In this document: in pieces, positions 27,187 to 41,508 of the stretch | Layout of the letters: each line of letters starts with the position of its first letter | Position numbering within the stretch: position 1 is the stretch's first letter | From: Octopus vulgaris | Taxonomy: Eukaryota | DNA length: 64,000 nucleotides | Direction of reading: 5' to 3' | Assembly: GCA_951406725.2 (NCBI GenBank) | Contig: OX597825.1 | Coordinates: 9,548,001 to 9,612,000, forward strand | Made by a program: the position numbers and the translations under genes | Notes under the pieces: model-generated | The model's input: the letters and a program-made list of their open reading frames with translations, nothing else | Told to the model about the DNA's origin: nothing | Database searches by the model: none

Positions 27187-28729
27187 CAAATGTGTGTGCA
27201 CAGTACTTCACACATACATATGTACACATATTCCTTTTCACTGTCCTAAAATCCAGTTGAATGTAAAACTGGTTGAAAATGCATATAAAAGATAAGGAAG
27301 ATTTATGTAAGTTATTTAAAAGTGATAAAAGAAAGAATTGGTCTGGATGAGAAATAGCTGATGAATATTAAAGCTGATAACGATGAAAAATAAATTTTTC
27401 CTTTATCTGGTGAGAAAAATACTTCTAATATGAATATGTGATAAAAAGAATTATAAATTTATAAAGTAGAAATGTGAATAGATATATAGATATAAAATTA
27501 GAAAAAATATAAAAACAAAATCATATAAATGCGCAATTTTAAAAAAGTAGCTAATTAAATTAAAATTTATTTTAAGCTGGATTTGAAACAAAAGTAATGA
27601 AAAAGGTGAAGGTAAAATAAAGCAAAATGTATTCTAAATGAATTAAAAACGAACTAATGTGAAGCGAAGTGAATTTAAATAGAATAAAAGGAATTGGCAT
27701 TAATATAGCATTGATCTTCTAGTGAAAATAGTAGAATGGTGTAAATTGGGGCTGGGTGGGGAGAAACTGTAAGTGACAAGAGTTTTTCAGAAGATGTAAC
27801 GAAATTAAGAAAGCTGTCTGAAAAAAATTCAGTGTTTTTTTTTTTATGCAACCAAAAGTAAAAACTATTTTAAGTGTTAAAATAGTTTATAGCGAGCTAA
27901 AATTTATTTTTGTATTTATTAGAAAGAATTTAATATCCCTGCTGAGATTTGAGCCGTAGTGATGAGCATATGATTGTGTGCACTATGCAGTTCTATAATA
28001 CTGAGTGAGTGTTCAACTGTCTCTCTGATTAGGTAAATGTATATTAACAAAGCTGTTGGGTATCGTATTTGCAGTTTGACGAATGATTGACTATGGTGGT
28101 AGATTCATCCATTGAAAGTACCACCGGTGAGTCCTGCGAAGGACCTCGGCGAAGAGTTGTCACTAGTGTGAACTTTACTGCATTAAACTACATAGTGCAA
28201 CAGCTTGTCACAATCATGTACACGGCTCACTTGGTTAACACAGAATTAGGTACAGTGTTCCGAATTTGATTGTTGCTATCACTAACTTTTGTGACTTTCA
28301 TACAGTCTAAACAGTTGCTATATGCAGAATTACCTTAAGAAAATATTAGTTTATAAGTATGTTATATCTAAGATGCGCTGGAAAAGAAGAGAGGGAAATT
28401 AGACTGAAGAAAATTCTAACTGCATTGACCATTATAGCTAGACTGAAGCAGTATTATACCAGACGACTCGTGGTATTCTACAATTATGCATCGAATTATT
28501 ATATTTTATCTCTTCAGCAAAGCCATTTATTGAGAACTGAATTGGAGTACTGGGTCATACATGGTCTCACCTGTGGACAACATGGGTAATCGCCTATTAA
28601 GATAATGTGAGCAAGTGGCTGCAACATCACTTAATGTAAAACAATGATGTATATATATATATATATAAGTAGGAGGGGGTGGTTGGCGTTTGGGCATGAG
28701 TGTGTTAATATATATATATGTATGTGTGC

Positions 28730-28763
<34 letters not shown>

Positions 28764-28933
28764 GCACATAGAATAGAATGTATTTAAAAAGGCCTCTCGT
28801 GATATACATATATATATATATATATATATATTCAAACTAGAATATAAGGATAAAATCACGTTAATGATTTTGATCATGCAATAAAAATTTATAAGTAATT
28901 TATACATTAAGTTTTATATATATATATATATAT

Positions 28934-28965
<32 letters not shown>

Positions 28966-28996
28966 TGTATGTATGTATATGATTATTTTAAAGGAG

Positions 28997-29121
28997 CAAG
29001 GGCGAAAAAGTCGGCCCATCTACAACATGATTGAAAATAACGAGGCATTCAGATCCTGCCGGTAGTCTCTGAATGCCACATTTTCAAGCATGTTGAAGAT
29101 GGGTCGTTTTTTGCGCCATTG
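28997..29121. mobile_element. MITE-like hairpin with about 55-bp imperfect inverted arms
   Basis: GGCGAAAAAGTCGGCCCATCTACAACATGATTGAAAAT..GGCATTCAGA pairs with TCTGAATGCC..ATTTTCAAGCATGTTGAAGATGGGTCGTTTTTTGCGCC. Confidence 0.7.
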
Positions 29122-29329
29122 ATTTAGTATATACATACATGCCAGATCACGGATACCGCTGGTAGTGAGATTTAGCTGGTATGCGGCTATCAGACATCTG
29201 AAACGTTGTACGTGTCAGTTCAGACGAGTATGTGTGTGTATGTGCGTGTGTATATGTGTGTGCGTGCATGTGGGCGTGCATGTGTGAATGAGTGTGCTCA
29301 TATATACATACAAATACACAGACGCATAT

Positions 29330-29760
29330 AAAAATGAATTTAAATTGATTGCTTTACTTACAATATAATCAATGGCGCCTTCTTGAAAATATCTACCTCC
29401 TCCGGTCATACTCTGCTATCAGAGCTGTTTTTCCTTGTGCTAGAATACATCCTGGAACGCGATTTAATGGATAGATGACAGTTCTCATAGAGAATATTCT
29501 TCATTTTCCAAATGTCTTAAAGTGTGGCTACCAATTAGGGTTCAAAAATAATTGGTGAAGGCCAAATCTGGCGAGGAACTGCGGTTGAAGAAACAGAGCC
29601 ATCTTGTGCTTTTCCAGGTAGTTGCGGATAAGGAGATACAACAGCAGGTGAGTTGATGTAGTGTTGCATCCATATTCTGTTTGCCCCCTACCTGATTGCG
29701 GTCCTTCTTCAGACGCCCTCCCTGACACGATTCAGAACACCTCATGTATATATATTTCCA
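29330..29760 (-). mobile_element. Decayed mariner-type transposase 3' remnant
   Basis: SSPDLAFTNYF resembles the mariner YSPDLAPxDY motif. The C-terminal GGRYFQEG resembles mariner GxYFE, followed by an AT-rich end. Confidence 0.65.
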
Positions 29761-30649
29761 AAACCAGGCACGTTTATTGCTGTTTTGATTACATTCTAAA
29801 CTATTTATAGATTGCGATTCTACGAACGGTTGACATCTCACACGATTTATGGATGGCTTAAGATGTTCACTTTCTCTTAGCTATATTTGTAATTAAAGAT
29901 ACCCACGTGTAATGTATGCACAAAATGACATTTATGATTCAGAGAATTTAGATTTTGCGATTGTGGTGATTTATTTAAAAGCAGCAGTAACGCAATTAAA
30001 AAGAAATCTCATCACAAAAAAAATAATAATAATGATAATGACTGAAGTAACATCACATATATTTTACACATTTTAAAGTTAAAACATAACCTTTCCTTTG
30101 TAAATGAAGAGATGAAAAGAAGGACAGAAATTAGAATTTCAAAACTGAAGATATTATTAATATTTGGAAAGACAAAATCATTTTGAAGCTTGTAAATATG
30201 AAAATTATACAGTATGTAAATGTAGAATTAACTATATTAATTAACATACGCAAAGAGTCAAAAATTTTAAAGCTGTGTATAATTATCAATTTGTCTCGTA
30301 TTTTTAGATTTTCGCTGAAGCACTGCTTTGAAATAGTTATATTGACCAAATCGACATTAATGCACATTTCAGGTGGTACGATCATTTTTTTTTTCCTATC
30401 ACTAATTGTAGAATGTGTGTGTGTGTGTGTTTATGTGTGTGTTTGTGTGGGTGTGTGTGGGTGGGTGTACTCATTAAAATCCAAAAGTAAGAAATAAGAT
30501 AACATTTAAATCTCATTGGTCGCATCCGTTTTATAATTTACCTTCAGTTACGTCATCGATGAGGTAACCCAAAAAGTGAGTTATGAAACAGCTGTAACCA
30601 TACAGATTTAATTATCATTTTGTCTTTCACTTCAACTGAATTTTCACTA

Positions 30650-30725
<76 letters not shown>

Positions 30726-30968
30726 TTTTGTTGTTGTTGCTGTTGTACAGACCACGGTTGAAATATTATTTCTAGTGTTTCCAGGATTTTTTTGTGCGTA
30801 GTCACTTTAAATTGCACGATAAATTAAATTACTGAGTAAGCTAATAAGCCGGAATGGTAACCATGAGTTCCGTTTGATTCTCTGAACTTTCCTAGAATAT
30901 GGTGCTTCGTCATGACCGCAGATGCATGGCCGAAACGAATAAAACAATATATGTGTGTATGTGTGCGT

Positions 30969-31021
<53 letters not shown>

Positions 31022-31202
31022 TTTGTTATAAATTAGAAGAAACAGTAAAAAATGTCCTTATAGTACTCGGAGTTTCGAATGCCGAAGCGAAGAGCTACGA
31101 TACATTCTCGTTGGCTAGTAACATATGAATAATCCTCTATTTCTCTAATATCGAGGTGTCATTCTATTGTTGTGATACTTTATTATTATTATTATTATTA
31201 TG

Positions 31203-31627
<425 letters not shown>

Positions 31628-31639
31628 TTATTATTATTA

Positions 31640-31723
<84 letters not shown>

Positions 31724-31737
31724 TTATTATTATTATT

Positions 31738-31910
31738 CTATGTTTGACTTTTGCTTTATGTTTGTACAAGTTGGCTCCAAGTCTCACCCAGAGACTTCAA
31801 GAGACAACAGGTTGGAAGTTCACGTTGTTGTTATGCCTAGTGTGCCATATATTTGGGGGATTTTTTGGTGTTGTACTTGTGAATGTCTAATAAATACATT
31901 TTTTTTTAAA
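31738..31910 (-). mobile_element. Probable 3' UTR of a second (TAA)n-targeting element
   Basis: A 173-bp unique insert bounded by (TTA)n on both sides, with a small stem GTCTC...GAGAC near the presumed 3' end. Strand is inferred from its neighbours. Confidence 0.5.
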
Positions 31911-31970
<60 letters not shown>

Positions 31971-31977
31971 GTTATCA

Positions 31978-32083
<106 letters not shown>

Positions 32084-32105
32084 TATTATTATTAATATTA
32101 TTATT

Positions 32106-32627
32106 GAGTGAGAGAGCAGTGCATGCCATCAAAGTGACACTGGGGTAAAATATACGAAGCCCAATATACCCATCATGACTACCCGTCTGATAAGGGCACA
32201 CCAGGCACATGCATCACAACCATATGTGCGTGACATGGTGATCTCATATCAAGATAAACAGCACATGACCTTGCAGGTGGGGCCCAGTTAGAATTTTCTT
32301 CAGGTTGAGTAGCCCATCCCGCTCAAAAGGTCCCTGAATAAGGGTTGTTTAAGGATGTTGAAAGAACCACCCATGTTTCCAGAGGTGAATTATTCAAACC
32401 CCAAAGAATCCCTCTCAACACATGGCTATGATGCTCCCCCACAACTTCTGCTCGTGATCAGAGATGCACATATCGTCAGCCACTAAGGGACATGTTCAAC
32501 TGGTTAAGGTCAAACAACTGACAAGCAAATATGTGGTATTGAGCAGAATATTTGCTGTAGCCCATCTTCTATACCAAGACAAAACAATGTACATGATAAC
32601 ACTTCCAATCAGTTAAGATCAGAAGCC
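32106..32627 (-). mobile_element. Family D element, slightly 5'-truncated
   Basis: Homologous to 15384-16211. The 3' end GGCATGCACTGCTCTCTCACTC runs into (AAT)n. Confidence 0.88.
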
Positions 32628-32634
32628 TTATTAA

Positions 32635-32671
<37 letters not shown>

Positions 32672-32735
32672 ATTATTATTATTATTATTATTATAGTTAT
32701 CATTGTTATTATTATTATTATTGTCATTATTATAA

Positions 32736-32766
<31 letters not shown>

Positions 32767-32809
32767 TATTATTATTGTTGTTGTTATCATTGTTATTATT
32801 ATTATTATT

Positions 32810-32909
32810 CAGTAGTTTTATTTTTATAGCGTGCTTTCACTTCACTACCGAGCACAGCTCTGTGTGCCTTGGGTATGTGCTGTGATTTGTTGTGATGCTC
32901 TGATGGTTA

Positions 32910-32913
<4 letters not shown>
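32810..32913 (-). mobile_element. Second, shorter copy of the 31329 R4/Dong-like 3' UTR
   Basis: About 100 bp nearly identical to 31329-31433, same strand, inside (TTA)n. Confidence 0.9.
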
Positions 32914-32991
<78 letters not shown>

Positions 32992-34215
32992 CATTATTAT
33001 TATTATTATCATTATTATAATTATTATTATTGTCATTATTATTATTATTGTTGTTGTTATTATTATTATTGTTATTATTATTATTATTATATTCAACAAG
33101 CTTCTGCATATTTCTTTGTTCATCCACTTCTCTGCTCTCTAAAGCGATTGCTGGAAACACTGGTTGCGGATGCTGCCTAGTAAAAGCAATCCTAGAATCA
33201 TGGGCTTTCGAAACGAACAGCTAACTGCAAACCCATGACTGCTTGTGATATCTATATACTTTTGAATTTATAAAAGGGCGAAAAATTACTCATGTTGATG
33301 AGTTGAGCGATTTATTCTTAACTTAAGCGTCCCCCGTCCTTACTATACCGACTCTTCTTTCCGTTGTTATTTCAGACTTCTGCATTTTCACAGCGTAGAA
33401 AAAGAAAATATGAAACTCTAAGTAAGGACGGAGAGAGGCCTCGAATATAGATAAATGGATAGTTCACTATATACAAAAGGCCAAGTCACGTATTTCTTTT
33501 GTGATCTTCTATCACGGTTCAGGAATCCTAGCTGAAAGTGTGTGTGAAATAATGGATGGAAAAGAGGAAACTGAAAGAATTAAAACATGGATTAAATTTA
33601 GAGGTAATATTTATACACTGATACGCGCACGTTCTAGAAATGTCACGCTTAAGAGATTCAATATATTATGACATATAGTGCGAGAGAAAGCAAAGAAGGG
33701 CTGCTGTGCTTGGAGAACAAGTGAGTAGTGTGGTTTCTGTTATAAGAGAGAGGGGAAAATGCTACATCAAATGAAAACGAGGAAACAGCATCTGAAAGAG
33801 AGAGAGGAGAAATCGAGAATTATAATAACCTCTGCTATAAGAGGCGAACAGGGAGATAGAGAAATATACAAAAGGCAAGTGTAACACCTAATGTTTCCTT
33901 GTCTCTTCCAAGATACAGGAAAGTGTTAATGCTTGTTGCAGATGCTTGTCAAGTTCTACACATTGAAAAGTACGCGCATTCCTACAGACATTTCTATTCA
34001 TATATTCTTGGATATTATGTTGGCATAATTTATTCACCACTCAAAACCTGTCATTTTTAATGGTTAGAACGGTAATGTATACATCCGCAGACACACGCAC
34101 ACACACAATATATATATATGTATATTTTTATATATTCGCATATGTATATGTATATATGTGTATGTACATGTACGTATATATATATATATATATATATACA
34201 TATACATGCGTAAAA

Positions 34216-34446
34216 GCGGCGAGCTGGCAGAAACGTTAGCACGCCGGGCGAAATGCGTAGCCGTATTTCGTCTGCCGTTATGTTGTGAGTTCAAATTCCG
34301 CCGAGGTCGACCTTGCCTTTCATCCTTTCGGGGTCGATAAATTAAGTACCAGTTACGCACTGGGGTCGATGTAATCGACTTAATCCGTTTGTCTGTCCTT
34401 GTTTGTCCCCTCTATGTTTAGCCCCCTGTGGGCATTAAAGAAAAAA
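34216..34446 (+). mobile_element. SINE family A, full length, 21-bp TSD
   Basis: ATATATACATATACATGCGTA at 34192-34212 and 34447-34467. Confidence 0.95.
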
Positions 34447-35144
34447 ATATATACATATACATGCGTACATATGTGTAGGTGCTTGCGTGTGTTTTCGTGC
34501 GTGTGCGAGTGTGTGTGTATTTTTCAAGCGTACTGTGTGTTTTTAGGGATTTTTGGCACAATCTCGATATTTGAAGAAAGATTGTCTTTAATTGAAAAAA
34601 AACATTAGTTGAAAAGGAATCTTGAAAGTAAAACAAAATAACAAAAATCTTTTTGAAAGAAACGTTTCTAATGCCTAAATGCTTTCGCTGTTTATAAGGA
34701 ATCCCAGTGGTGTTTTCCGAACTGTATGTAGATTGCGCTTAAGCAAGCTTTGACAGTTCCGGAGGCCAAACTTAGGCCACAAGAAGTATTAAAGCAAGAG
34801 ATGTTACGCTTGCTCGGTTTTTAAGGGTTGATGTTGTTTTACGAGACCATATTATATTGTGTTTTCTCGTGTAAAATACTCTTTCTATAAGGCGGCACTA
34901 GCAGTATGATTTTGTGTTGAAAATTTCTTCGTCTGACGTAATGCGTCGGCTAATGTTATTCACTGCCAGACTTTATTAAAATATATATAGATTTGTGTTT
35001 TGTATAGAGGGAATGGTTATTTATGCTTAAGTCTGATGTAACATCTGAAATGTAGTTACTGCATTGCTGACGGCAGTAATTGCTATTCTGAACATAAGCT
35101 TCTAAAATACGTTAAAAATGTCACTCCTGAGTTGATCGAGCTGA

Positions 35145-35496
35145 TGATGGTTCATGCTAAACAGTCTCGGCTGGAGTTTCATAAGCACACAAGTAACAGG
35201 ATGCATCCAAGTTTCTGAGTAGCGTCGTTTGTTCAATACGAAATCCGATCAATGGTAGCCATAAATCTGCAAAGCCTCCTGGTATCAAAAGAGTTGAGGT
35301 AGCTCATAAGGGCCACGGACAAAATTATAGAGCAGGGCGGGGAGAACCAGAGCCCTAAATACCTGAACTTTTCTCCCCCAACACAGAAATCGGCAGCGTA
35401 AAACACCCTTATTCAATAAGTCCACAACCTCATCAGCTCGTCCATGTCTTCTTAGGACGTCAAGCTCGTAGCTAATGCCGCTATGAATGTCACTGA
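35145..35496 (-). mobile_element. RTE-clade LINE fragment (late RT / thumb region)
   Basis: Frameshifted peptides SDIHSG...DVLRRHGRA, KVQVFRALVLPALLY, LNSFDTRRL and GYH*SDFVLN...ETWMHPVTC...RLF. Confidence 0.75.
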
Positions 35497-35497
35497 T

Positions 35498-35680
35498 TGC
35501 ATTCTATCGACCTCCGCAAGGCTTTTAACTCGATGGACAGGGATGTGCTTTGAAGGATTCTGGAGCTGCAGGATATATATCCTCAACTGATTAGACTGAT
35601 GATAACCTTGTACACCGGAACAGTCAGTGCACTTCGGGTTGGGGTCTCAACAACTGACTTTTTCCCATTCAGACCTGGGG

Positions 35681-35682
<2 letters not shown>
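35498..35682 (+). mobile_element. RTE-clade LINE fragment (early RT motifs), inverted relative to the adjacent fragment
   Basis: IDLRKAFNSMDRDVL*RILE...[21 protein letters not shown]...DFFPFRPGV, compare DLxKAFDSV...GVRQG. Confidence 0.82.
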
Positions 35683-35760
<78 letters not shown>

Positions 35761-35761
35761 C

Positions 35762-35832
<71 letters not shown>

Positions 35833-36166
35833 CAGACAGAGTGTAAGATACTTGTGTCGGGTGGGTGAATGAACGTTCATTAGAGAATGAAAGAGTAAAA
35901 GAGAGGACTCCATTCAGTTATATGCTGATAAACACGGATATTTAGAGGCAAGGATATATTCATCCATATATTTGAACATACTGGACATGCGTATTTGCGG
36001 CATACACAGCTGTATATAGGCGTTTGAATGCATTAGAGTATATTTAAAAGGACATCAGAAATATATTTTAAAGAATTAAAATTAGCTGCAACAATATGAT
36101 TGTAAAGAGTAAGCTATATGGATGAGACTTCTGCATACAGGTATGTATGTATATATAAATATATAA

Positions 36167-36246
<80 letters not shown>

Positions 36247-36416
36247 GTATTGATAACTTTCTGTGTATTTGAATTAACTTTCAATTTTAAAGTATAGGCC
36301 GCTGTTTCCATTTTTTTCTTTTTTGTCGGTTTGCTAGCAACGCTTGTAAACAAATACAATAATACACATTTACGAGTGGAGAATGAAATAATAATAGAAT
36401 TAAAGACAACACTTAC

Positions 36417-36745
<329 letters not shown>

Positions 36746-37156
36746 GTGATTATTTGAATTCTCTACCAAAACCACACCCTATTGTGGAATTGTTAATATT
36801 GTAATACATTTCAATTTTATTTATATCCCCGTCAGAAAGTTATATGGTTTCGCTATATATCGTTTCTATTAATTCTTTTTCAAAGTATTTAATAAGCTAT
36901 CCGCTGGTGCGTAACATAATCGATAACAGGTCACATCTCATAAAGGTAAACTTTTATATTTTTGCTTTTTGTTATTACAATTATCAATATTTGACGTGAA
37001 AAGGGAGAAGACTAAATGCCTCTCAACGTCTAGTTGCGGCCATCTCTATTTCCGAGTTCAAGTCTTGCCAAGATCAACTCCTATCACATTTTCGACCTCT
37101 TTGAAATGCTTGTGGTCTTGTACCTATTACAAACATTTTTTATTAGAGTATTTATA

Positions 37157-37400
37157 TATTTCATTACTGCTCACAAGGGGTTAAACATAGAAGGGATAAA
37201 CAAGGACAGACAAAGGGATTAAGTCGATTACATCGACCCCAGTGCGAAACTGGTACTTTATTTATCAACCTAGAAAGGATGAAAGGCAAAGTCTACCTCG
37301 TCGGAATTTGAACTCAGAACGTAACGACAGACGACATACCTATTTCTTTACTACTCTCAAGGGGCTAAACACAGAGAGGATAAACAAGGACAGACAGAGG
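37157..37400 (-). mobile_element. SINE family A, 5'-truncated multimer (tail plus headless unit)
   Basis: Junction AAAGAAATAG|GTATGTCGTCTG at about 37340, at the same position as in the 12356 and 56287 copies. Confidence 0.88.
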
Positions 37401-37404
37401 TAAG

Positions 37405-38030
37405 AAAGCAATATTAAACCTTTTCCGATTCTGAAATGTTTTCCTGATCTATTGTTGATAACGGCATTGCAATTATGATATGCGTTGTCAAAACTGATTA
37501 GGAACGACGCTTGTATGTGGAAGGCTAGAAATGATAAAGAGTGTTATCATCATTGTTGAGTGTGATGGCAAGTAAGTCGTTGATATAGAGTAGGAAAATT
37601 ATGAGGTACAAAACCGAATCTATGAACTCAGTAGGGCTGATAATGTGCGGATCACAGGGATTTTCATCAACACACAGTGCGGTTAAATAAAACTTTCTCT
37701 TGAAGAGGCACATTAGAGACGGAAGTTATACGATAGAATTTAGCTAGGATGTCCACACGTTGGAATTCTTTGCTAATTACAATTTCAAAAAAGTGGTTTT
37801 TCCCCAAAGTTCTCATTGGTGAGGCTCTACTGGTGAGTAATTCAGGAAATCCTAGACACTATAGAGGGATAGAATTTAAAGGTATCAGTAGTGGTTTAGA
37901 TAGTCTCCATAAGGTTAAGTATACAGAAAGTTTGAGTGTTTGGTCGAGTGTTAGTTGGGGTAGAGATTGTCGGTTTGGGTCTTCGTGGTATGGGGGCATT
38001 TAACACTGGGATAGAAAGAGATGGAGAATG
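37405..38030 (-). mobile_element. Decayed LINE RT remnant (CR1/Jockey group)
   Basis: DSVLYLIIFLLYINDLL...NDDNTLY resembles QGSVLGPLLFLLYINDL...YADDTTL. Boundaries are approximate. Confidence 0.6.
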
Positions 38031-38724
38031 AGGAGTTTATCGTGGATAAGAGCAAATTCTGGGGCTCGTTGATTGCGAATAGCTAAAGGGACACTATAAG
38101 TACTGGTAGAATCGTTGCGTTTTTTTTATGTTTGCTCTTTTATATATGTATACGTCATGTTAAACCAAATGGGGAATAAAGGGGAAATTTTCAGTTATAG
38201 TGTGTATAGTGTAGAGTTGGATGTAAAGATGAACAGCAAACGTGGGGATTTTCTCTGTGGCAATACTGTTCATTGAACAGATAGTTTGTAGAAGTTGATG
38301 AATGATCCTTTTATTAAAGGATCAATGTGGGAGTAACGCAATATGGGAGACGGGAGAATTTTCTGATTGTACTCTGCACAAAGGAGTCTTTTACGTTTCG
38401 AGTCTTGCAAGAATTACGAAATGGGTAAAAACAGTGAATTTGAAGGGTAAGTGATTCTTTACCAAGTATTGCAAACTGCGTTCTTTGTACGTATTATTGC
38501 AGAGCAAATACGAATGAACTCATTTGTCTGTGTGAAGGATTTAGAAAGTATGGCTTCTGTCATCTACTTAACGATTTATGATGAGCCGAGGTTAAAGCAC
38601 ATGCACTGCCACTAATAATTAGCTTATTGCTTGATAATTAACAGAGAATTGCAATTTAGCTGGCTTAAAATGCTGGAGGCTGGTTGGTGGTTAGACGAGC
38701 TCAGAGAGTGGTTAAGTCAATATA

Positions 38725-38956
38725 TATTTCTTTATTGCCCATAAGGGGCTAAACACAGAGAGGACAAACAAGGACAGACAAACGGATTAAGTCGATTACA
38801 TCGACCCCCAGTGTTTAACTGGTATTTATTTAATCGACCCCGAAAGGATGAAAGGCAAAGTCGACCTCGGCGGAATTTGAACTCAGAACGTAATGGCAGA
38901 CGAAATACTGCCAAGCATTTCGCCCGGCGTGCTAACGATTCTACCAGCTCGCCGCC
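38725..38956 (-). mobile_element. SINE family A, full length, 16-bp TSD
   Basis: TGGTTAA(G/A)TCAATATA at 38709-38724 and 38959-38974. Confidence 0.95.
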
Positions 38957-39447
38957 TATGGTTAAATCAATATAGTTAGAAGATAGACAAGTGGGAGAGA
39001 CCTGTATTTTAAGGAGTAAGGTCTATGGTTTGCTTGATAATAAGAAGTGTTATGTGGGGTCCCGTCTAGAGAATTGTCCGTCGTTAAGGTTATTCTTTGT
39101 GGCATTTTCATAAAGGTTTTGATTTAGCTTCTTTAATGGTGGAAGAAAAGGAGACCAGGAGTTCCTACTTCGATCCTGCACAGTAGCTCAAAATGACGGT
39201 GGTAGAATCGAGTGGGTCCCTGCCAAAATCTTGTCCTTACTCGAGCATTTGTGACAAACTGAGAAGAAAGAAGATACGAAAATGTGCACCATTAGAGTAA
39301 GCAATATCTTATTTGGTAGCGCAACACCACATGTCTGGATCTTTTTACCATTTTTTTTGTGTGTGTGTGTGTGTGATTCCCAACCAGGATTCCCTGTCAA
39401 CTCGGCCAATCATGCATAGAAACGTCCAGTGGAACTCAAAGTAGTAC

Positions 39448-39503
<56 letters not shown>

Positions 39504-40528
39504 AAGGAGATTGATAAGTATATTTTAGTATTAGCATTATTATTGTCCGTAACAATACTAGACGCAGTAAAGGAAGGTCTTTTTTTGTATTATTTTAAAC
39601 TTAATAGACATAAAGAGGAGACAAAATAGAAAATAGATACTTGAATTCCTTTATTTGTTTTTTGTTTTTTTATTCCATATATACATATAACCACCCGGAA
39701 TATACATTTCCACTTAACGCCAAAAATGTAAAGTGAATTTTCTAGTTTCATTGTTTTTTTCTTTTATTTTATTCAATTACATTTCACGCCGTTTTATTAA
39801 ATGAGTGAGAAAATATAATTACGTTTCTTAAAATAAATAGTGGAGTCGATACAGTACAAATTCGGAAACGTTTTCAAAATTTAATAGAGCAGAATAACCA
39901 AATAAGATGCTTCAAAATAGTAGAGAATGCTACATTAATTTTCCTTTAATATTGCATTCCTTGCCACCGCTGATTCAGCATTATTATATGTGAAGCGTTC
40001 GACTCTGTATCCATACTATTCTTCTTTCATTGATTTCATACTATATCTGTCTCTTTCTGTCTTTCTTTCCTTCGATTCCTCTCTCTCCCTCTCTTTCTCT
40101 GTCATTCTTGCTTTTTTTACTTTCTCTTCCGTTCTCTCCGAAACACAAATTATAAGTTTGAAAACAGAGAAAGGGGCATGACTCATTACATCTTATTATT
40201 GTTGGAGTGAGTTAATTCTCCTGTGATGCTTACAAATAACAAGAATGAAGTATGGTTGGTTGTGGTGTGGGAGAAGAAGGATTAGTTAAACAGTTGCGTT
40301 AAAAAGTGCTGTCTTTTAATGAGCTGCAGTCGTAATGTTTGTGAATGTGTTGTCATGTGACAGAGTGAGGTATCGGCAGGTATTGTTTATGCAAATGACA
40401 GAAGTCTATAGACGTGGGAAAATGGTCTCCTGGCGCGTTAAAACTCACGAGGAAAAATGTTATTGATGCCGCAGAATAAGTTACATAATTATCCATTCAA
40501 TAAGTTTGTCGTATAATCTTTCATTAAA

Positions 40529-40739
40529 CCTATTTCTTTACTAGGGGACAAACAAGGACAGACAAATGGATTAAGTCGATTATATCGCCCCCACTGCGTA
40601 ACTGGTACTTAATTTATCGACCCCGAAAGGATGAAAGGCAAAGTCGACCTCGGCGGAATTTGAACTCAGAACATAAAGACAGACGAAATACCGCTAAGCA
40701 TTTCGCCCGGGGCGCTAACGTTTCTGCCAGCTCGCCACC
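40529..40739 (-). mobile_element. SINE family A, small 3' deletion
   Basis: Collinear with the other A copies. Confidence 0.92.
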
Positions 40740-40894
40740 CTACACCTTAGGATATATGCTAACGTAAACATCACTGAGGTATTAGAAAGACAACCATCTA
40801 ACAACTAAGAAGACAGCATCATATGAGGGATTGATTGCTAGCCACTAAACCTTTTTTTTTTTTTTATTTTCTCTCTCTACTTATTTCTGTGTTC

Positions 40895-40930
40895 CTTTCT
40901 GTTGAAGAGCGTAGGTTCGAAACGTAAAAG
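40895..40930 (+). ncRNA. Minimal type I hammerhead-like motif (A6 to U variant) in a probable Penelope pseudo-LTR remnant
   Basis: CTTT-CTGTTGA-A-GAGC gtag GTTC-GAAA-CG-TA-AAAG. Stem I is CTTT/AAAG, stem II is GAGC/GTTC, and stem III is the palindrome ACGT. Confidence 0.55.
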
Positions 40931-41397
40931 ATTTTCTCACTTCTCTAGCGTTAAACTAATACATCTGTTTCTTATTTACACACCCGTCTTCGTCTTTTGT
41001 TTTGTTTTTATTTTTGCTTTTTGTAAATTCCAGTCATATGATGGTGTGGGACAATTAAGGGGAAAACACTTCCATGGGATACTGTTCAACAAACCAAGGA
41101 GAATGTCTTTCAAATAGGCAAATAAAAATGTAAACAGCGGAATGTCAGCGCGAAAAGAGAAGTGATTATTATCAGAAAATTAGTTAGAGAAGGAGAAAGT
41201 AAGATCAAAAGTCAGTTAGAGCAGGTCGTAAGGGGACAGACAGACAGAGGGGAGGAGAAAGCAAGAGATAACAAGACAAATATGAATATAGAAATATATA
41301 AATCCGACATTTGTCGAGATACGAACTCTGATAAAAACACGAATTTAAGATCATGTGAGCGGCAAGAAGTTAATATGACAAAGAAGTAGTGAAGAGA

Positions 41398-41508
<111 letters not shown>

